Shown here one piece after another: positions 33,468 to 43,356 of a DNA stretch of 64,000 bases; positions within the stretch are counted from its first letter, which is position 1; every line of letters starts with the position of its first letter. The DNA comes from an uncultured Acidobacteriota bacterium (GTDB lineage: Bacteria > Acidobacteriota > Terriglobia > UBA7540). The translations under genes were made by a program, and so were the position numbers. Under the pieces are notes generated by a model that did not search any database, had not been told where the DNA came from, and worked only from the letters and a program-made list of their open reading frames with translations. The DNA lies in NCBI GenBank assembly GCA_963804995.1, contig CAWDSK010000003.1:96001-160000 (forward strand), read 5' to 3'.

Positions 33468-34247
33468 ATGTCCACACCCCGTCCCTTGAGCGGTTTACTC
33501 TACCAGGGGGGCAAGCTGATCCGCCCCGACCAGCGCGCAGCTACGGATATGCGCCCGGTGGAGATCGTGCCGAACTTCATCTCCAGCGCCGAGGGTTCCG
33601 CCCTCATGCGCCTGGGCGAAACCCAAGTCATCTGCACCGCTTCGGTGGATGAAGGCGTTCCGCAGTTCCAAAAGGGGAGCGGGCGCGGCTGGCTGACCGC
33701 TGAATACGCCATGATTCCTCGCGCCACCCAAACCCGCACGGCGCGTGAATCCACCCGCGGACGCCAGGGTGGGCGCACCATGGAAATCCAGCGGCTGATC
33801 GGACGCTCGCTCCGCGCCGTAATGGATTTCACAGTGTTGGGGGAGCGCACGATCTGGATTGATTGCGACGTCATTCGCGCCGATGGCGGTACGCGCACGG
33901 CCTCAGTTACGGGCGCCTGGGTGGCGCTGGCGCTGGCGATACAGAAGGTCCAGGAACGGCGCGCGCTCAATCGCAATCCGCTCAAGGATTACCTGGCCGC
34001 TATCAGCGTCGGTATGGTGGGCGGTGAGTTGCTGCTCAACCTCGGCTACGCAGAGGATTCAAACGCCGAAGTTGATATGAATGTGGTGATGACCGGCGCG
34101 GGGCAGCTCGTCGAATCCCAGGCCACGGCGGAGGGGCGCGTGTTCAGCGTGGAGGACTTGAATAAGATGATCGAGTTGGCCCGCCCTGCCATCGGAAAAT
34201 TGATCGAAGTGCAGAAGTCGATAGTTAAACTCTCCGTGCCGCGCTAG
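33468..34247 (+). CDS. rph: Ribonuclease PH
   Basis: AEGSAL, GWLTAEYAM, EIQRLIGRSLR, DCDVIRADGGTRTAS. Confidence 0.97.
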   Translation: MSTPRPLSGLLYQGGKLIRPDQRAATDMRPVEIVPNFISSAEGSALMRLGETQVICTASVDEGVPQFQKGSGRGWLTAEYAMIPRATQTRTARESTRGRQGGRTMEIQRLIGRSLRAVMDFTVLGERTIWIDCDVIRADGGTRTASVTGAWVALALAIQKVQERRALNRNPLKDYLAAISVGMVGGELLLNLGYAEDSNAEVDMNVVMTGAGQLVESQATAEGRVFSVEDLNKMIELARPAIGKLIEVQKSIVKLSVPR

Positions 34248-34284
34248 GGTAGTCGGCAAAGGCAGGAGAGCTGGATAGCCACTT

Positions 34285-34932
34285 ATGGGAGCCCGGTCAC
34301 TCTATCTGGCCTCCTCCAACCCGGGAAAGTTGCGTGAATTCCGTGGGGCAGCGGCGGCGCGGGGCGTCGTGGTTGAAACTCTGCCGCACTTCGACGATTT
34401 GACAATCTGTGTCGAGGACGGTGCGACGTTCGAGGAGAACGCCCGCAAGAAAGCGGTGCACTATAGCCGCATCTTCCCGGGCCTGGTGTTCGCCGACGAT
34501 TCGGGCCTCTCGGTCGATGCCTTGGGCGGCAGGCCAGGCGTGTACTCCGCGCGTTTTGCCGGGCCTGATGCGACCGACGAGCAGAACAACGAGTGGTTGC
34601 TGGCAGAGTTGCACCGCGTCGAGGCAACCTGGCGCGCCCAGGCTGGCGCTTCACCTCAACCCCACGGGCGGTTTAATCGCGCCGCACACTACGATTGCGT
34701 CATCGCGCTGGCGGAACATGGCAAGGTGCTGACCGTCGTGGAAGGACGTGCGGCGGGCCTCATCATCGATGCGCCGCGCGGCTCCGGGGGCTTCGGCTAT
34801 GACCCGTACTTCTTCTACCCTCCCTTAGGCAAGACCTTCGCGGAAATCTCTCCGGATGAAAAATTCCCAGTCTCCCATCGTGGTGCAGCATTTCGCAAAC
34901 TGCTCGATTACTTCTGCCAGAACGGTGCGTGA
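34285..34932 (+). CDS. rdgB: dITP/XTP pyrophosphatase (RdgB/HAM1)
   Basis: SSNPGK, ADDSGL, PGVYSAR, GFGYDP, SHRG. Confidence 0.95.
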   Translation: MGARSLYLASSNPGKLREFRGAAAARGVVVETLPHFDDLTICVEDGATFEENARKKAVHYSRIFPGLVFADDSGLSVDALGGRPGVYSARFAGPDATDEQNNEWLLAELHRVEATWRAQAGASPQPHGRFNRAAHYDCVIALAEHGKVLTVVEGRAAGLIIDAPRGSGGFGYDPYFFYPPLGKTFAEISPDEKFPVSHRGAAFRKLLDYFCQNGA

Positions 34933-35000
34933 TGCAGGCCTGCCTGAGAAGGCGGCAATGTTGTGCCTTGACCTGGCGGGGCGCAGGCTAAAGCCCGGCG

Positions 35001-37667
35001 CTACTTTGCTTCCTTCCAATTCTGGCCCACGCCCAGGTCGACTTTCAGCGGGACACGCATGGGGTAGGCGCCTTCCATTTCCGCACGCACAACTTCGGTG
35101 GCGCGTTCGAGTTCCTCCTGCGGAGCTTCGAAAACCAGCTCGTCATGCACGGTAAGGATCATGCGCGTTTGCATCTTCTCCTGCTTCAACCGCGCCTGGA
35201 CTTTCACCATGGCCAGCTTCATCAGGTCCGCAGCGGTGCCCTGGAGCGGCGTGTTCATGGCCTCCCGTTCGGCGCGATTGCGTGCTGCCACATCAGTACT
35301 ATGGATCTCAGGCGTCGGCCGAAGGCGGCCGAAGAGCGTGCGCACGCGGCCTGTCGAGCGCGCTTCCTGGACCAAACCGTCGAGGTACTCCTTCACTTTA
35401 CTGTAACGCTCAAAGTAGGCGTCGATGTAACGCTGCGCTTCGGTCCGGCTGGTGCCGGTGCGGCCCGCGAGACCAAACGAACTGAGCCCGTAAATGACTC
35501 CGTAGTTGATGGCCTTCGCCATGCGGCGGTGCTCATGATTCTGGAGGCCGGCGGGTACGCCGAAAATTTCCTGCGCCGTGCGCGCGTGGATGTCCTCGTT
35601 GCGCGTAAAGGCTTCGACTAGGCGAGGGTCTTCAGAAAGATGCGCGAGCACGCGGAGTTCAATTTGCGAGTAATCCGCAGAGATCATCCGCCAGCCAGGG
35701 TCAGCGACAAAGGCCGAGCGGATACGCAAACCGAACTCGTCGCCAATGGGTATATTCTGGAGATTGGGATTGGAAGAAGAAAGGCGCCCCGTGCGCGCCA
35801 CGGTCTGGTTGAAACTCGTGTGCAGGCGGCCGGTATCCGGTTGGATAAACCTGGGCAGCGCGTCGATGTAGGTGGACTTGAGCTTAGCGCGGGTACGGTA
35901 TTCGATGATCTTGCGTGGCAGGTCGTGCCCCTCGGCAAGCGCTTCGAGTACCGAGGCATCCGTTGAGTACTGGCCGCTTTTTTTCAAACGCTTCCCGCCC
36001 GGGAGCTTGAGTTTTTCAAACAGGATTTCTCCAAGCTGCTTGGGCGAATCGATGTCAAACGACGTGCCGGCCAAATCGTAAATCTCATGCGTCAGCGTGG
36101 TCAGTTCCTTATCGAATTCCCCTGACATGCGTGCAAGTATCACGGGGTCGATACGCACCCCCACGGCTTCAACCTCCGCGAGCACGGCGGCAAGCGGCAA
36201 TTCGATTTCCTGGTAAAGCTTCTGTAAATCCTCCCTCACGATTTCTGGACCGAACAACGTGGCGAGTTCCCGTGTGCGCTGAGCGGCCTCCGCAAGCGAG
36301 CCTGAAAGTTTGCGGCCCTGCCGTCTCAAGACCACGTCCGCAAGCGCATGGCTAGAGGCCAGCGGCTCCAGCAGGTAGGAGTTGAGCATGGTATCGTCAG
36401 CCACACCGGCAAGATCAATTCCCTGCTTGGCAAGGTGAAGTCCGAGCAGCTTGGAGTTGTGGACAGCTTTTGGCTGCGCGGCATCCCTGAGCACGGGGGC
36501 AAGAGCTACAAGTGGCTCGGGCGTACCTCCCAGTGGAATCATGGCGAGCCGCTGACCATCCGACAGGCCGAGTCCCGACAGACGGCCGGCAAAACCTTCC
36601 TCTCCGTCCACCGTCATGGCCACAGCCAGCGGCCCGCTGCCACCGCTCAGGTGCTTGGCCCAATCTGCGACGGACGCCTGCGTGTGCAGCTCTTCGGATG
36701 CGATGGCAGCTTCAGCCGGCGCGGGCGCTTCTTCCAGGAACTCGCGCAACAGCGTGGAGAATCCTAGCTCCTGACAGAGCGCCGTCAGTTCCGGAATATC
36801 CAAGGCCGCCACTTTGAGCTGATCGAGACTGGTTTCCAAGGACACGTCGGTGCGAATCGTGGCGAGCTCACGGCTGAGCAGCGCTTCGTTGCGGAAGTCG
36901 CGCAGGGCGTCGCGGTAGCTCTGCTTCTTTACCTGCTCGTAATTGGCAAGCACCTTTTCCAGGGTCCCAAATTGCTGGATCAGCTCCGTTGCCCCCTTGG
37001 GGCCGATGTAGCTGCGCTTCTTCTCGCCCTCCGCCAACACGGGTTCGTGGCCGGGCAGCGGACGGGCACCCGGGATGTTGTCGCTAGGGTCGCCCGTGAG
37101 CGCTAGCCAATCGACGACCTGCGCGGGCTCAACCCCCAGAATTTCTTTCACCTTCTCGACGCCACAAAGAGTCTCGCCATCGCTCGCGCCCCGTGAAGGC
37201 TTGAGCACACGGACGCGTTCGTTGACCAACTGAAACAGGTCCTCGTCGCCGGAAACAATCACGACTTCGGCGCCCTGCGCGGATCCGGCCTGGGCTAGCG
37301 TGCCAATCACATCGTCGGCCTCAAAGCCTTCGAGCTCAAGCAAGGACAATCCCAGGGCACGGCAGAATCTCCGCACGTAAGGAAGCTGGACGGCAAGGTC
37401 CTCCGGAAACTCCGGCCGGTTGGCTTTGTACTCCTCAAAAAGTTTGTCGCGAAACGTGGGGGCCGCGAGATCAAAGGCCACGGCCATGTAGCGAGGGTGA
37501 TGATCTTTGAGAAGCTTGCGGAGCGTGCGGACGAATATATAGATAGCCTTGGTGGGCATGCCGCTGGGCGCGACCAGCGCCATCTGCATGGGCGCAAAAA
37601 AGGCGCGGAAGACCAACGACATGGCGTCAATCAGAAACAACTTCTCGCCGGCCTCAGACAATGCCAC
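35001..37667 (-). CDS. polA: DNA polymerase I
   Basis: 5'-3' exo (YKANR, EADDVIGT, GDPSDNIPG); polymerase motifs TGRLSSSNPNLQNIP, ADYSQIELR, AKAINYGVIYG, VHDELV. Confidence 0.98.
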   Translation of the reverse strand: MALSEAGEKLFLIDAMSLVFRAFFAPMQMALVAPSGMPTKAIYIFVRTLRKLLKDHHPRYMAVAFDLAAPTFRDKLFEEYKANRPEFPEDLAVQLPYVRRFCRALGLSLLELEGFEADDVIGTLAQAGSAQGAEVVIVSGDEDLFQLVNERVRVLKPSRGASDGETLCGVEKVKEILGVEPAQVVDWLALTGDPSDNIPGARPLPGHEPVLAEGEKKRSYIGPKGATELIQQFGTLEKVLANYEQVKKQSYRDALRDFRNEALLSRELATIRTDVSLETSLDQLKVAALDIPELTALCQELGFSTLLREFLEEAPAPAEAAIASEELHTQASVADWAKHLSGGSGPLAVAMTVDGEEGFAGRLSGLGLSDGQRLAMIPLGGTPEPLVALAPVLRDAAQPKAVHNSKLLGLHLAKQGIDLAGVADDTMLNSYLLEPLASSHALADVVLRRQGRKLSGSLAEAAQRTRELATLFGPEIVREDLQKLYQEIELPLAAVLAEVEAVGVRIDPVILARMSGEFDKELTTLTHEIYDLAGTSFDIDSPKQLGEILFEKLKLPGGKRLKKSGQYSTDASVLEALAEGHDLPRKIIEYRTRAKLKSTYIDALPRFIQPDTGRLHTSFNQTVARTGRLSSSNPNLQNIPIGDEFGLRIRSAFVADPGWRMISADYSQIELRVLAHLSEDPRLVEAFTRNEDIHARTAQEIFGVPAGLQNHEHRRMAKAINYGVIYGLSSFGLAGRTGTSRTEAQRYIDAYFERYSKVKEYLDGLVQEARSTGRVRTLFGRLRPTPEIHSTDVAARNRAEREAMNTPLQGTAADLMKLAMVKVQARLKQEKMQTRMILTVHDELVFEAPQEELERATEVVRAEMEGAYPMRVPLKVDLGVGQNWKEAK

Positions 37668-37937
37668 CCCCCATACTGCTGAATTTGTGAACCAGCCATT
37701 CTACCCCAATCGAGGGCGGGCACGCGCCCGGATGATTATGACTATCCCGCTAATCCCCGCTAGTGCTCGCTAAAGGCCGGTGGCATCGATGCGACCAAAG
37801 TGTTGTACTTCTACCACACCAAACTGTTTCACCTCCTTTACAAGCCGCCCGTAACTTGTAGACATATAAAGGAGTAGGATTTTACATTGACATGGCAAAT
37901 CAGGTGCAGTACAAGGAGTTTACGTCGGGGAGGAATT

Positions 37938-38849
37938 TTGGGTCAACAGCAGACTCTGGCTTCCGCGGTATCATTATCGGGAATAGGCCTCCATACCGGC
38001 GTAACCGTCAACGTTCGGATTTGCCCGGCTCCCGCCAATTCCGGCGTCACCTTCAAGCGCACTGATTTGGACGGCTTCACCATCGAAGCGGAGTCTCGTC
38101 ACGTCGCCCGCGTAAGCTATGCGACGAGCCTAATGAAGAAAGGCGTGCTGATCTCCACGACCGAGCATTTGCTCTCGTCGCTCGCGGGTCTGGGGGTTGA
38201 TAACGCCCTCGTGGAAATCGACAACCTGGAACTGCCTATCGTCGATGGTAGCGCCTTGCCCTTCGTGAAGGTGATCCGGGGGGCAGGGTTGCGGCCACAG
38301 CGGGCCCGGCGCGCCTACGCCAAGATATTGAAACCCTTAGAAATTGTGGACGGCGTGAAGCGGATTGCCGTATTTCCCTCCGATACCTTCCGCATCAGTT
38401 ACTCGATCGCCTTCCCCCATCCCGTGATCGGGGCAGAATCACTCGACTTCATTCCTGGCGCCGGGAAGTACGAAGATGAAATTGCCCCGGCGCGTACCTT
38501 TGGATTTTTGGAAGAGGTCGAAATGCTGCTCAAGAGCGGGCTCGTGAAGGGCGGCTCACTCGAGAACGTGGTGGTTCTCAACCGCGAAGGCGTGATGAAT
38601 CCCGAAGGACTGCGCTTCCCCGATGAGTTCTGCCGGCACAAGATACTGGACCTGATTGGAGATATTTCCCTGCTCGGGCATCCCTTGATTGGACATGTGG
38701 TAGCCGACCGCGCCGGCCATGCCATGCACGCCCAGTTGGTCTCACAACTGCTCCGTCAAAAGCATTGCTGGACCCTCACCACCCACCCCGAAGCCGTTTC
38801 GAAAACCCCCGTCGTCCCGGCTACCGAACTTGCCACGAGTGGCGCGTAG
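37938..38849 (+). CDS. lpxC: UDP-3-O-acyl-N-acetylglucosamine deacetylase
   Basis: GIGLHTG, TEHLLS, DGSA, APARTFGF, HKILDLIGD, GHAMH; TTG start after GGAGG. Confidence 0.97.
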   Translation: MGQQQTLASAVSLSGIGLHTGVTVNVRICPAPANSGVTFKRTDLDGFTIEAESRHVARVSYATSLMKKGVLISTTEHLLSSLAGLGVDNALVEIDNLELPIVDGSALPFVKVIRGAGLRPQRARRAYAKILKPLEIVDGVKRIAVFPSDTFRISYSIAFPHPVIGAESLDFIPGAGKYEDEIAPARTFGFLEEVEMLLKSGLVKGGSLENVVVLNREGVMNPEGLRFPDEFCRHKILDLIGDISLLGHPLIGHVVADRAGHAMHAQLVSQLLRQKHCWTLTTHPEAVSKTPVVPATELATSGA

Positions 38850-38917
38850 GTTTGGCGCTGGCTTTATCAACATCACCCCTTCATCGTCTTGTTAGCACAA
38901 CCCCTTTCTCGCTTCTT

Positions 38918-39132
38918 CAACACCACCCCGGCGCGCAGCCCCGATCATCAATTTGGAAAGAACGCGCTATCGGGGCACGGCGCGCCACCCCTCCTCTTCA
39001 GCACCACCCCGGCGCTCAGCACGCCACCCCTCCTCATCTGAGGAGGGGAGTTCTGTACCAACTCCCCTCCTGATTCAGGAGGGGTGGCGCTCCGAGCGCC
39101 GGGGTGGTTATCGTTTGCGCCGGGGTGGTTAT
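38918..39132. repeat. REP-like palindromic cluster
   Basis: Repeated ACCACCCCGGCGC / GCGCCGGGGTGGT and CCCCTCCT..AGGAGGGG arms. Confidence 0.75.
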
Positions 39133-39296
39133 TTCCTTTACACAGCAGTTGTCTGCGGTGGGGCGTTTTTCCACCCTGCACTTAATAGAACCGTACTGAG
39201 CCATTTGCTATACTCTCCCCTGCACCGACGGGCATTTCAGCCTTGGGAATCTAGTCATCAGCGAGCGGTTTTCATGCTCGCGCTTGGGGGGGCGTT

Positions 39297-40562
39297 ATGA
39301 GCGTTCAGGAATCCGAGAAGGAACTGAGTGTCTACGAATCCATGGCGGTCAGGTTTGATGTGGCGGCCCGCAAACTGGGGCTCGACGAGGGATTGTTGAA
39401 GTATCTTCGTACCCCTAACCGCGAGATCATCGTCCACATTCCCGTGGCTATGGACAACGGCACACTGGGAGTATTCGATGGCTACCGCGTCCAGCACAGC
39501 ATCGCGCGCGGTCCCTGCAAAGGAGGGCTTCGCTACTCCCCCCACGTCACGCTGGATGAGATTCGCGGGCTCGCCGCTGAAATGACCTGGAAGTGCGCAG
39601 TCGTGAACATTCCCTTTGGCGGCGCCAAGGGTGGGGTTGTGTGCGACCCCTCTAAACTCTCCCTCGGCGAACTGGAACGGATTACGCGGCGCTACACGGC
39701 GGAGATTCTGGACTATATCGGGCCGGAGCGTGACGTGCCGGCCCCCGACATGAACACCAACGAGCAAACCATGGCCTGGATCATGGATACCTACTCCATG
39801 CACGTCCGCCACACGGTGACGGCCAGCGTGACCGGCAAACCGCTCGACTTGGGTGGCTCCGCAGGACGCCGCGAGGCGACGGGCCGCGGCTGCATGATTA
39901 CGGCGGACCAGGCGTTGGCACGCTTCGGCTGGAAGCGGGAAAGCACGCGGGTTATCGTGCAAGGATTTGGCAACGTGGGGTCGCAAGCGGCTCGCCTGAT
40001 GCATGAAGCGGGCTACAAAATTATCGGCGTCGCGGACATCACCGGCGGCGTGTTCAACACCTCGGGCATTGATATCCCCAGCTTGCTGGTGTACGTCGGC
40101 GAACATCGCACGCTGAAGGGCTTCGCGGGCGGAGAAAGCATTGGAACCCATGAAATCCTGGAACAAGATTGCGAAGTCTTGGTGCCCGCCGCCACGGAAA
40201 GCGTCATCACCAGCAAGAATGCCCATAAAGTGAAGGCGAAACTTCTGGTGGAAGGCGCTAACAGCCCCACCACGCCTCCCGCCGATGCCATTCTGTTTGA
40301 GCGCGGCGTGTTCGTGATTCCCGATATTCTGGCCAATGCCGGGGGCGTCACGGTTTCCTATTTCGAATGGGTGCAGGACCGGCAGGGTTACTTCTGGCCG
40401 GAAGATACCGTAAATGAGCGAATGAAACATATTATGATCTCCGCTTTTAACGACGTTGTGAGCTACGCCGAAAAACATAACGTCAATAACCGCATTGCCG
40501 CCTACATGCTGGCTATCGATCGCGTGGCGTTTTCGATTAAGCTACGCGGGATTTACGCCTGA
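39297..40562 (+). CDS. gdhA: Glu/Leu/Phe/Val dehydrogenase (glutamate dehydrogenase)
   Basis: [46 protein letters not shown]. Confidence 0.95.
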   Translation: MSVQESEKELSVYESMAVRFDVAARKLGLDEGLLKYLRTPNREIIVHIPVAMDNGTLGVFDGYRVQHSIARGPCKGGLRYSPHVTLDEIRGLAAEMTWKCAVVNIPFGGAKGGVVCDPSKLSLGELERITRRYTAEILDYIGPERDVPAPDMNTNEQTMAWIMDTYSMHVRHTVTASVTGKPLDLGGSAGRREATGRGCMITADQALARFGWKRESTRVIVQGFGNVGSQAARLMHEAGYKIIGVADITGGVFNTSGIDIPSLLVYVGEHRTLKGFAGGESIGTHEILEQDCEVLVPAATESVITSKNAHKVKAKLLVEGANSPTTPPADAILFERGVFVIPDILANAGGVTVSYFEWVQDRQGYFWPEDTVNERMKHIMISAFNDVVSYAEKHNVNNRIAAYMLAIDRVAFSIKLRGIYA

Positions 40563-40789
40563 GGTTGCCGCGTCAGAATCAAATGCCGCTTCCCACGTGT
40601 TGTAAGACATTCACCTCAAGTCGTGGCGCGGAACAGGAGGGAGGACCCGCATAGGCGTTAAAATAAGCGCCGAATTGCTCTCGCGAGATTAAGGTACATT
40701 TTTCGAAAACAAGCCCACGTTGCGGAAACTTCCCTGGGTAGGCGGCTGCACGTCAAACTGAGCACGCGCAATGTTTCGGGTGCTCTGCC

Positions 40790-40966
40790 AAGACTAATTT
40801 CCTCGAAGCGGAGGTTGAGCTCTTCGCTCCGCTGCGCGGCCTTAATCTGGATTTTGAGCGCGAAAGGGACACCGGCCGGGATATCAACCTGTGAAGGGCT
40901 ATGCGGAACGTCAAGGACTTCGCCGGCCTCGGCGTCGTTCTCCTCAACCCCTGGGACGAGGCGTGA
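40790..40966 (+). pseudogene. Decayed antitoxin/PIN toxin pair (fragments)
   Basis: ...ELFAPLRGLNLDFERERDTGRDINL* overlapping GTG KGY, then RNVKDFAGLGVVLLNPWDEA* (VapC/FitB-type C-terminus). Confidence 0.55.
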
Positions 40967-41170
40967 ATCTTCAGGCCGCGGCGCTGCATTTATAGTGCGC
41001 TCGGCCCTCCCCACTAACCACTAGCCACTAACCACTTTCCTCATGACTCCGGACAGTTCTTTGTGTCGCTCTTCAGGCATCATTGTTCTTATAGAGCATC
41101 CGGCTTGCAGTTGCGGTACACTAAGGATTGAGATGGCTGGATCAATGCTCGTGGTCACACGAATCGACTC

Positions 41171-41458
41171 ATGGAATTTGAATGGGACGCCAAGAAAGCA
41201 GATTCGAACGTTGCGAAGCACGGCGTCACGTTCTCAGAAGCGATGACGGTGTTTGGGGACCCGCTGGAACTCGCGATTGCCGATCCAGAACACTCGGAGG
41301 ACGAATTCCGATTTCTCAGTATGGGCCAGTCGGCAATGGGACGCCTACTTGTAGTCGCCTACACTGAGCGCGAAGGCCGAACCCGAATCATCAACGCCCG
41401 GGAAGCGACTCCCCGAGAGCGGAGACAGTATGAATCAACACGTTCACCAAAACGATAA
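41171..41458 (+). CDS. BrnT-family toxin
   Basis: MEFEWDAKKADSNVAKHGVTFSEA, DPEHSEDEFR, RIINAREATPRER. Confidence 0.92.
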   Translation: MEFEWDAKKADSNVAKHGVTFSEAMTVFGDPLELAIADPEHSEDEFRFLSMGQSAMGRLLVVAYTEREGRTRIINAREATPRERRQYESTRSPKR

Positions 41459-41732
41459 CGACGAAATGCGGCCCGAGTACGACTTCTCGCACGGCGTTCG
41501 CGGGAAGCACTATGAGGCATACCGCGCCGGTACGAATGTGGTGTTTCTCGATCCCGATGTGGCCAAAGCGTTCGCCGATTCAGCTTCAGTCAATCAAGCC
41601 TTGCGCCTGCTCTTGCAGCTTGCCCGCACGAGCGCTCCCTTAGACATCCAATCTGGCAAGACGGTGCAGCCGAGTAACCGTGCCCCGCGCCGCGCCAAGA
41701 AGCCCAAGCCCCTTCGCGCCACTCGCGGGTAG
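41430..41732 (+). CDS. Cognate antitoxin (BrnA-like)
   Basis: EMRPEYDFS, VFLDPDVAKAF, VNQALR; overlaps brnT. Confidence 0.85.
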   Translation: MNQHVHQNDNDEMRPEYDFSHGVRGKHYEAYRAGTNVVFLDPDVAKAFADSASVNQALRLLLQLARTSAPLDIQSGKTVQPSNRAPRRAKKPKPLRATRG

Positions 41733-42320
41733 GCGCAGCAGGCAGTCTTGAATCTTGAATCCCGTGTCCCGCCTCTGACACCCGGCACCTGTGTTAGGCA
41801 GTAGGCAGCGGGCAGTAGGCAGTTTTTCCTAGCCCCCTGACACCCGGCACCGGACACCTTGCACTTAGCCCCCGAATCCCGAGTTCCGCACCTGGCACCC
41901 GACACCTGATACCTGCTTTTTCTTTCTCGCCACTCGCCACTAACCACTGGCCACTGTTCTTACCCGTTCGAAATGCCGCGGACCTCACACGGCAGAGGTC
42001 CGCGCTAGGCTTGCTTGCTGGCAATCGCCAGCCAGCGGCGGTGCATTGGTTATGCATCACCAATGCTAGGGAGCGCAAATCTACGCCGCTTGCCTGGCCT
42101 CTCAGTGCTGAAAAAGAATCAATCGGAAGATATGGAAAGAAACGGGTGACAAAGCCGCGGCCCACCGCTAGAATAAAGCGCCGTCGGCGGGGCGACCAGG
42201 GAAGCCGCGGGCCTCGAGATACGTTGGTGATCTTTTATCAATAAATTCGCGAGGAGCAGGCCGCATTTCTAGAGGGGCGGTCGAACGCACGGATTCATCA
42301 CTGTTCAGCTTCCCAAGGAG

Positions 42321-42857
42321 GTGAGATTGAAAGCTAAGGCGAAAGCGTCAGCCGCGGTCATAAGCAGAGACGGAAAATATCGTTACAAGCTGTCCAGGCG
42401 TTGGACTCCGGGAAGTGATCGTGCTGTCTGGATCATGCTAAATCCGAGTACAGCAGACGCGATAGAAGATGATGCTACGATTCGACGGTGCATTTCATTT
42501 GCCAAGCGCTGGGGCTGCGACGGGATTGAAGTGTACAATCTTTTCGCATTACGATCGCGCCATCCGATCAGAATTGAGATAGTCGAGGATCCGGTGGGAC
42601 CGGACAATGACCTTTGGCTAAGCGTTGCGGCACAAACTACAGGAAAAGTAATTGCAGCATGGGGTGCATGCAATACACCGTTACAGTTGAGAAGAGCGAA
42701 TAAGGTGATCGAGTTCCTTCTCCGCGACCGGCGTGTTTTCGTATCCACTCTGGGCCTTACAAAGGGTGGCCAACCTCGACATCCACTTTACGTCCGAAAC
42801 GACACACCATTAACTCCCCTCGTTCACCCCCTAGGATTTAGCAAACAGTATCGATAA
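42321..42857 (+). CDS. DUF1643-family protein
   Basis: YRYKLSRRW, IMLNPSTAD, DDATIRRC, YNLFA, AAWG, PRHPLY; AAGGAGG RBS. Confidence 0.88.
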   Translation: MRLKAKAKASAAVISRDGKYRYKLSRRWTPGSDRAVWIMLNPSTADAIEDDATIRRCISFAKRWGCDGIEVYNLFALRSRHPIRIEIVEDPVGPDNDLWLSVAAQTTGKVIAAWGACNTPLQLRRANKVIEFLLRDRRVFVSTLGLTKGGQPRHPLYVRNDTPLTPLVHPLGFSKQYR

Positions 42858-42954
42858 ACACGGATTTTCTGCCGACAAAAGGCGACGAAAGAGCTAAATT
42901 TGCGCAAATGCGAATCCCTAACTTATAGGAATGGAATGACTTACATTCTTAGTA

Positions 42955-43014
42955 ACAATATCTTACAAGTCCAAGATATTGTGCTTGACTTTCTTACAGT
43001 AATCGACGTAAGAT
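42955..43014 (+). promoter_or_regulatory. Putative promoter/operator region of the six-gene operon
   Basis: ACAATATCTT-N8-AAGATATTGT (42955-42982); TTGACT(42985)-18 nt-TAAGAT(43009); TCTTAC-N10-GTAAGA (42992-43013). Confidence 0.6.
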
Positions 43015-43020
43015 TTGTTC

Positions 43021-43356
43021 ATGAATGCAGGAGAATTGACCCAAACACCGATTAAGACCCAACCCCAGGCAGTGCCAAGGATTGACCCTCTTGAGGTTCT
43101 GCGCGAGGTGCTCGAATTGCAACGCGAGAGTAGCCCGGAATTGGACGTCGAAGGGATGCTGGCCTTCGCGGTCGCAAATCCGACCACAGAAGTAGTGGAT
43201 TCGCTGGGCGCAGTAAGTATCGTTTGTGTTCTCTTCGGTGCGTACAAGCCTGACAATCTTATCCCGCAAAATCTTTTGACTCACGAGAACTTTAGCACGT
43301 TGAACGGACTAAGAAATGTTGTCAGAGAACTGAAGAAAAATCAAGGCAAACCATGA
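43021..43356 (+). CDS. Acyl-carrier-protein-like protein
   Basis: VDSLGAV phosphopantetheine-site motif and C-terminal ENFSTL helix; stop overlaps next start (ATGA). Confidence 0.7.
   Translation: MNAGELTQTPIKTQPQAVPRIDPLEVLREVLELQRESSPELDVEGMLAFAVANPTTEVVDSLGAVSIVCVLFGAYKPDNLIPQNLLTHENFSTLNGLRNVVRELKKNQGKP

Noticed and set aside
36300..36720. Loss of 3'-5' exonuclease acidic motifs in PolA
   Set aside because: Proofreading-deficient Pol I is common in many bacterial lineages; not novel.
38918..39132. Repeat cluster as a CRISPR array
   Set aside because: Repeats are inverted and irregular with no unique constant-length spacers; no cas genes in the window.
39258..40478. 406-aa ORF antisense to gdh (likewise 12952-13923, 16987-17757, 60179-61117)
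   Set aside because: Shadow frames typical of GC-rich coding DNA opposite well-supported genes.
41740..41955. Heptamer-like runs (CCTGACA/CCCGGCA, CCACTAA; also TTTCGAA-type at ~9320, ~49940, ~53810 and at ~4490, ~11200, ~54480) as coding or novel signals
   Set aside because: Low-complexity short tandem repeats recurring in intergenic gaps; the ORFs over them are spurious.
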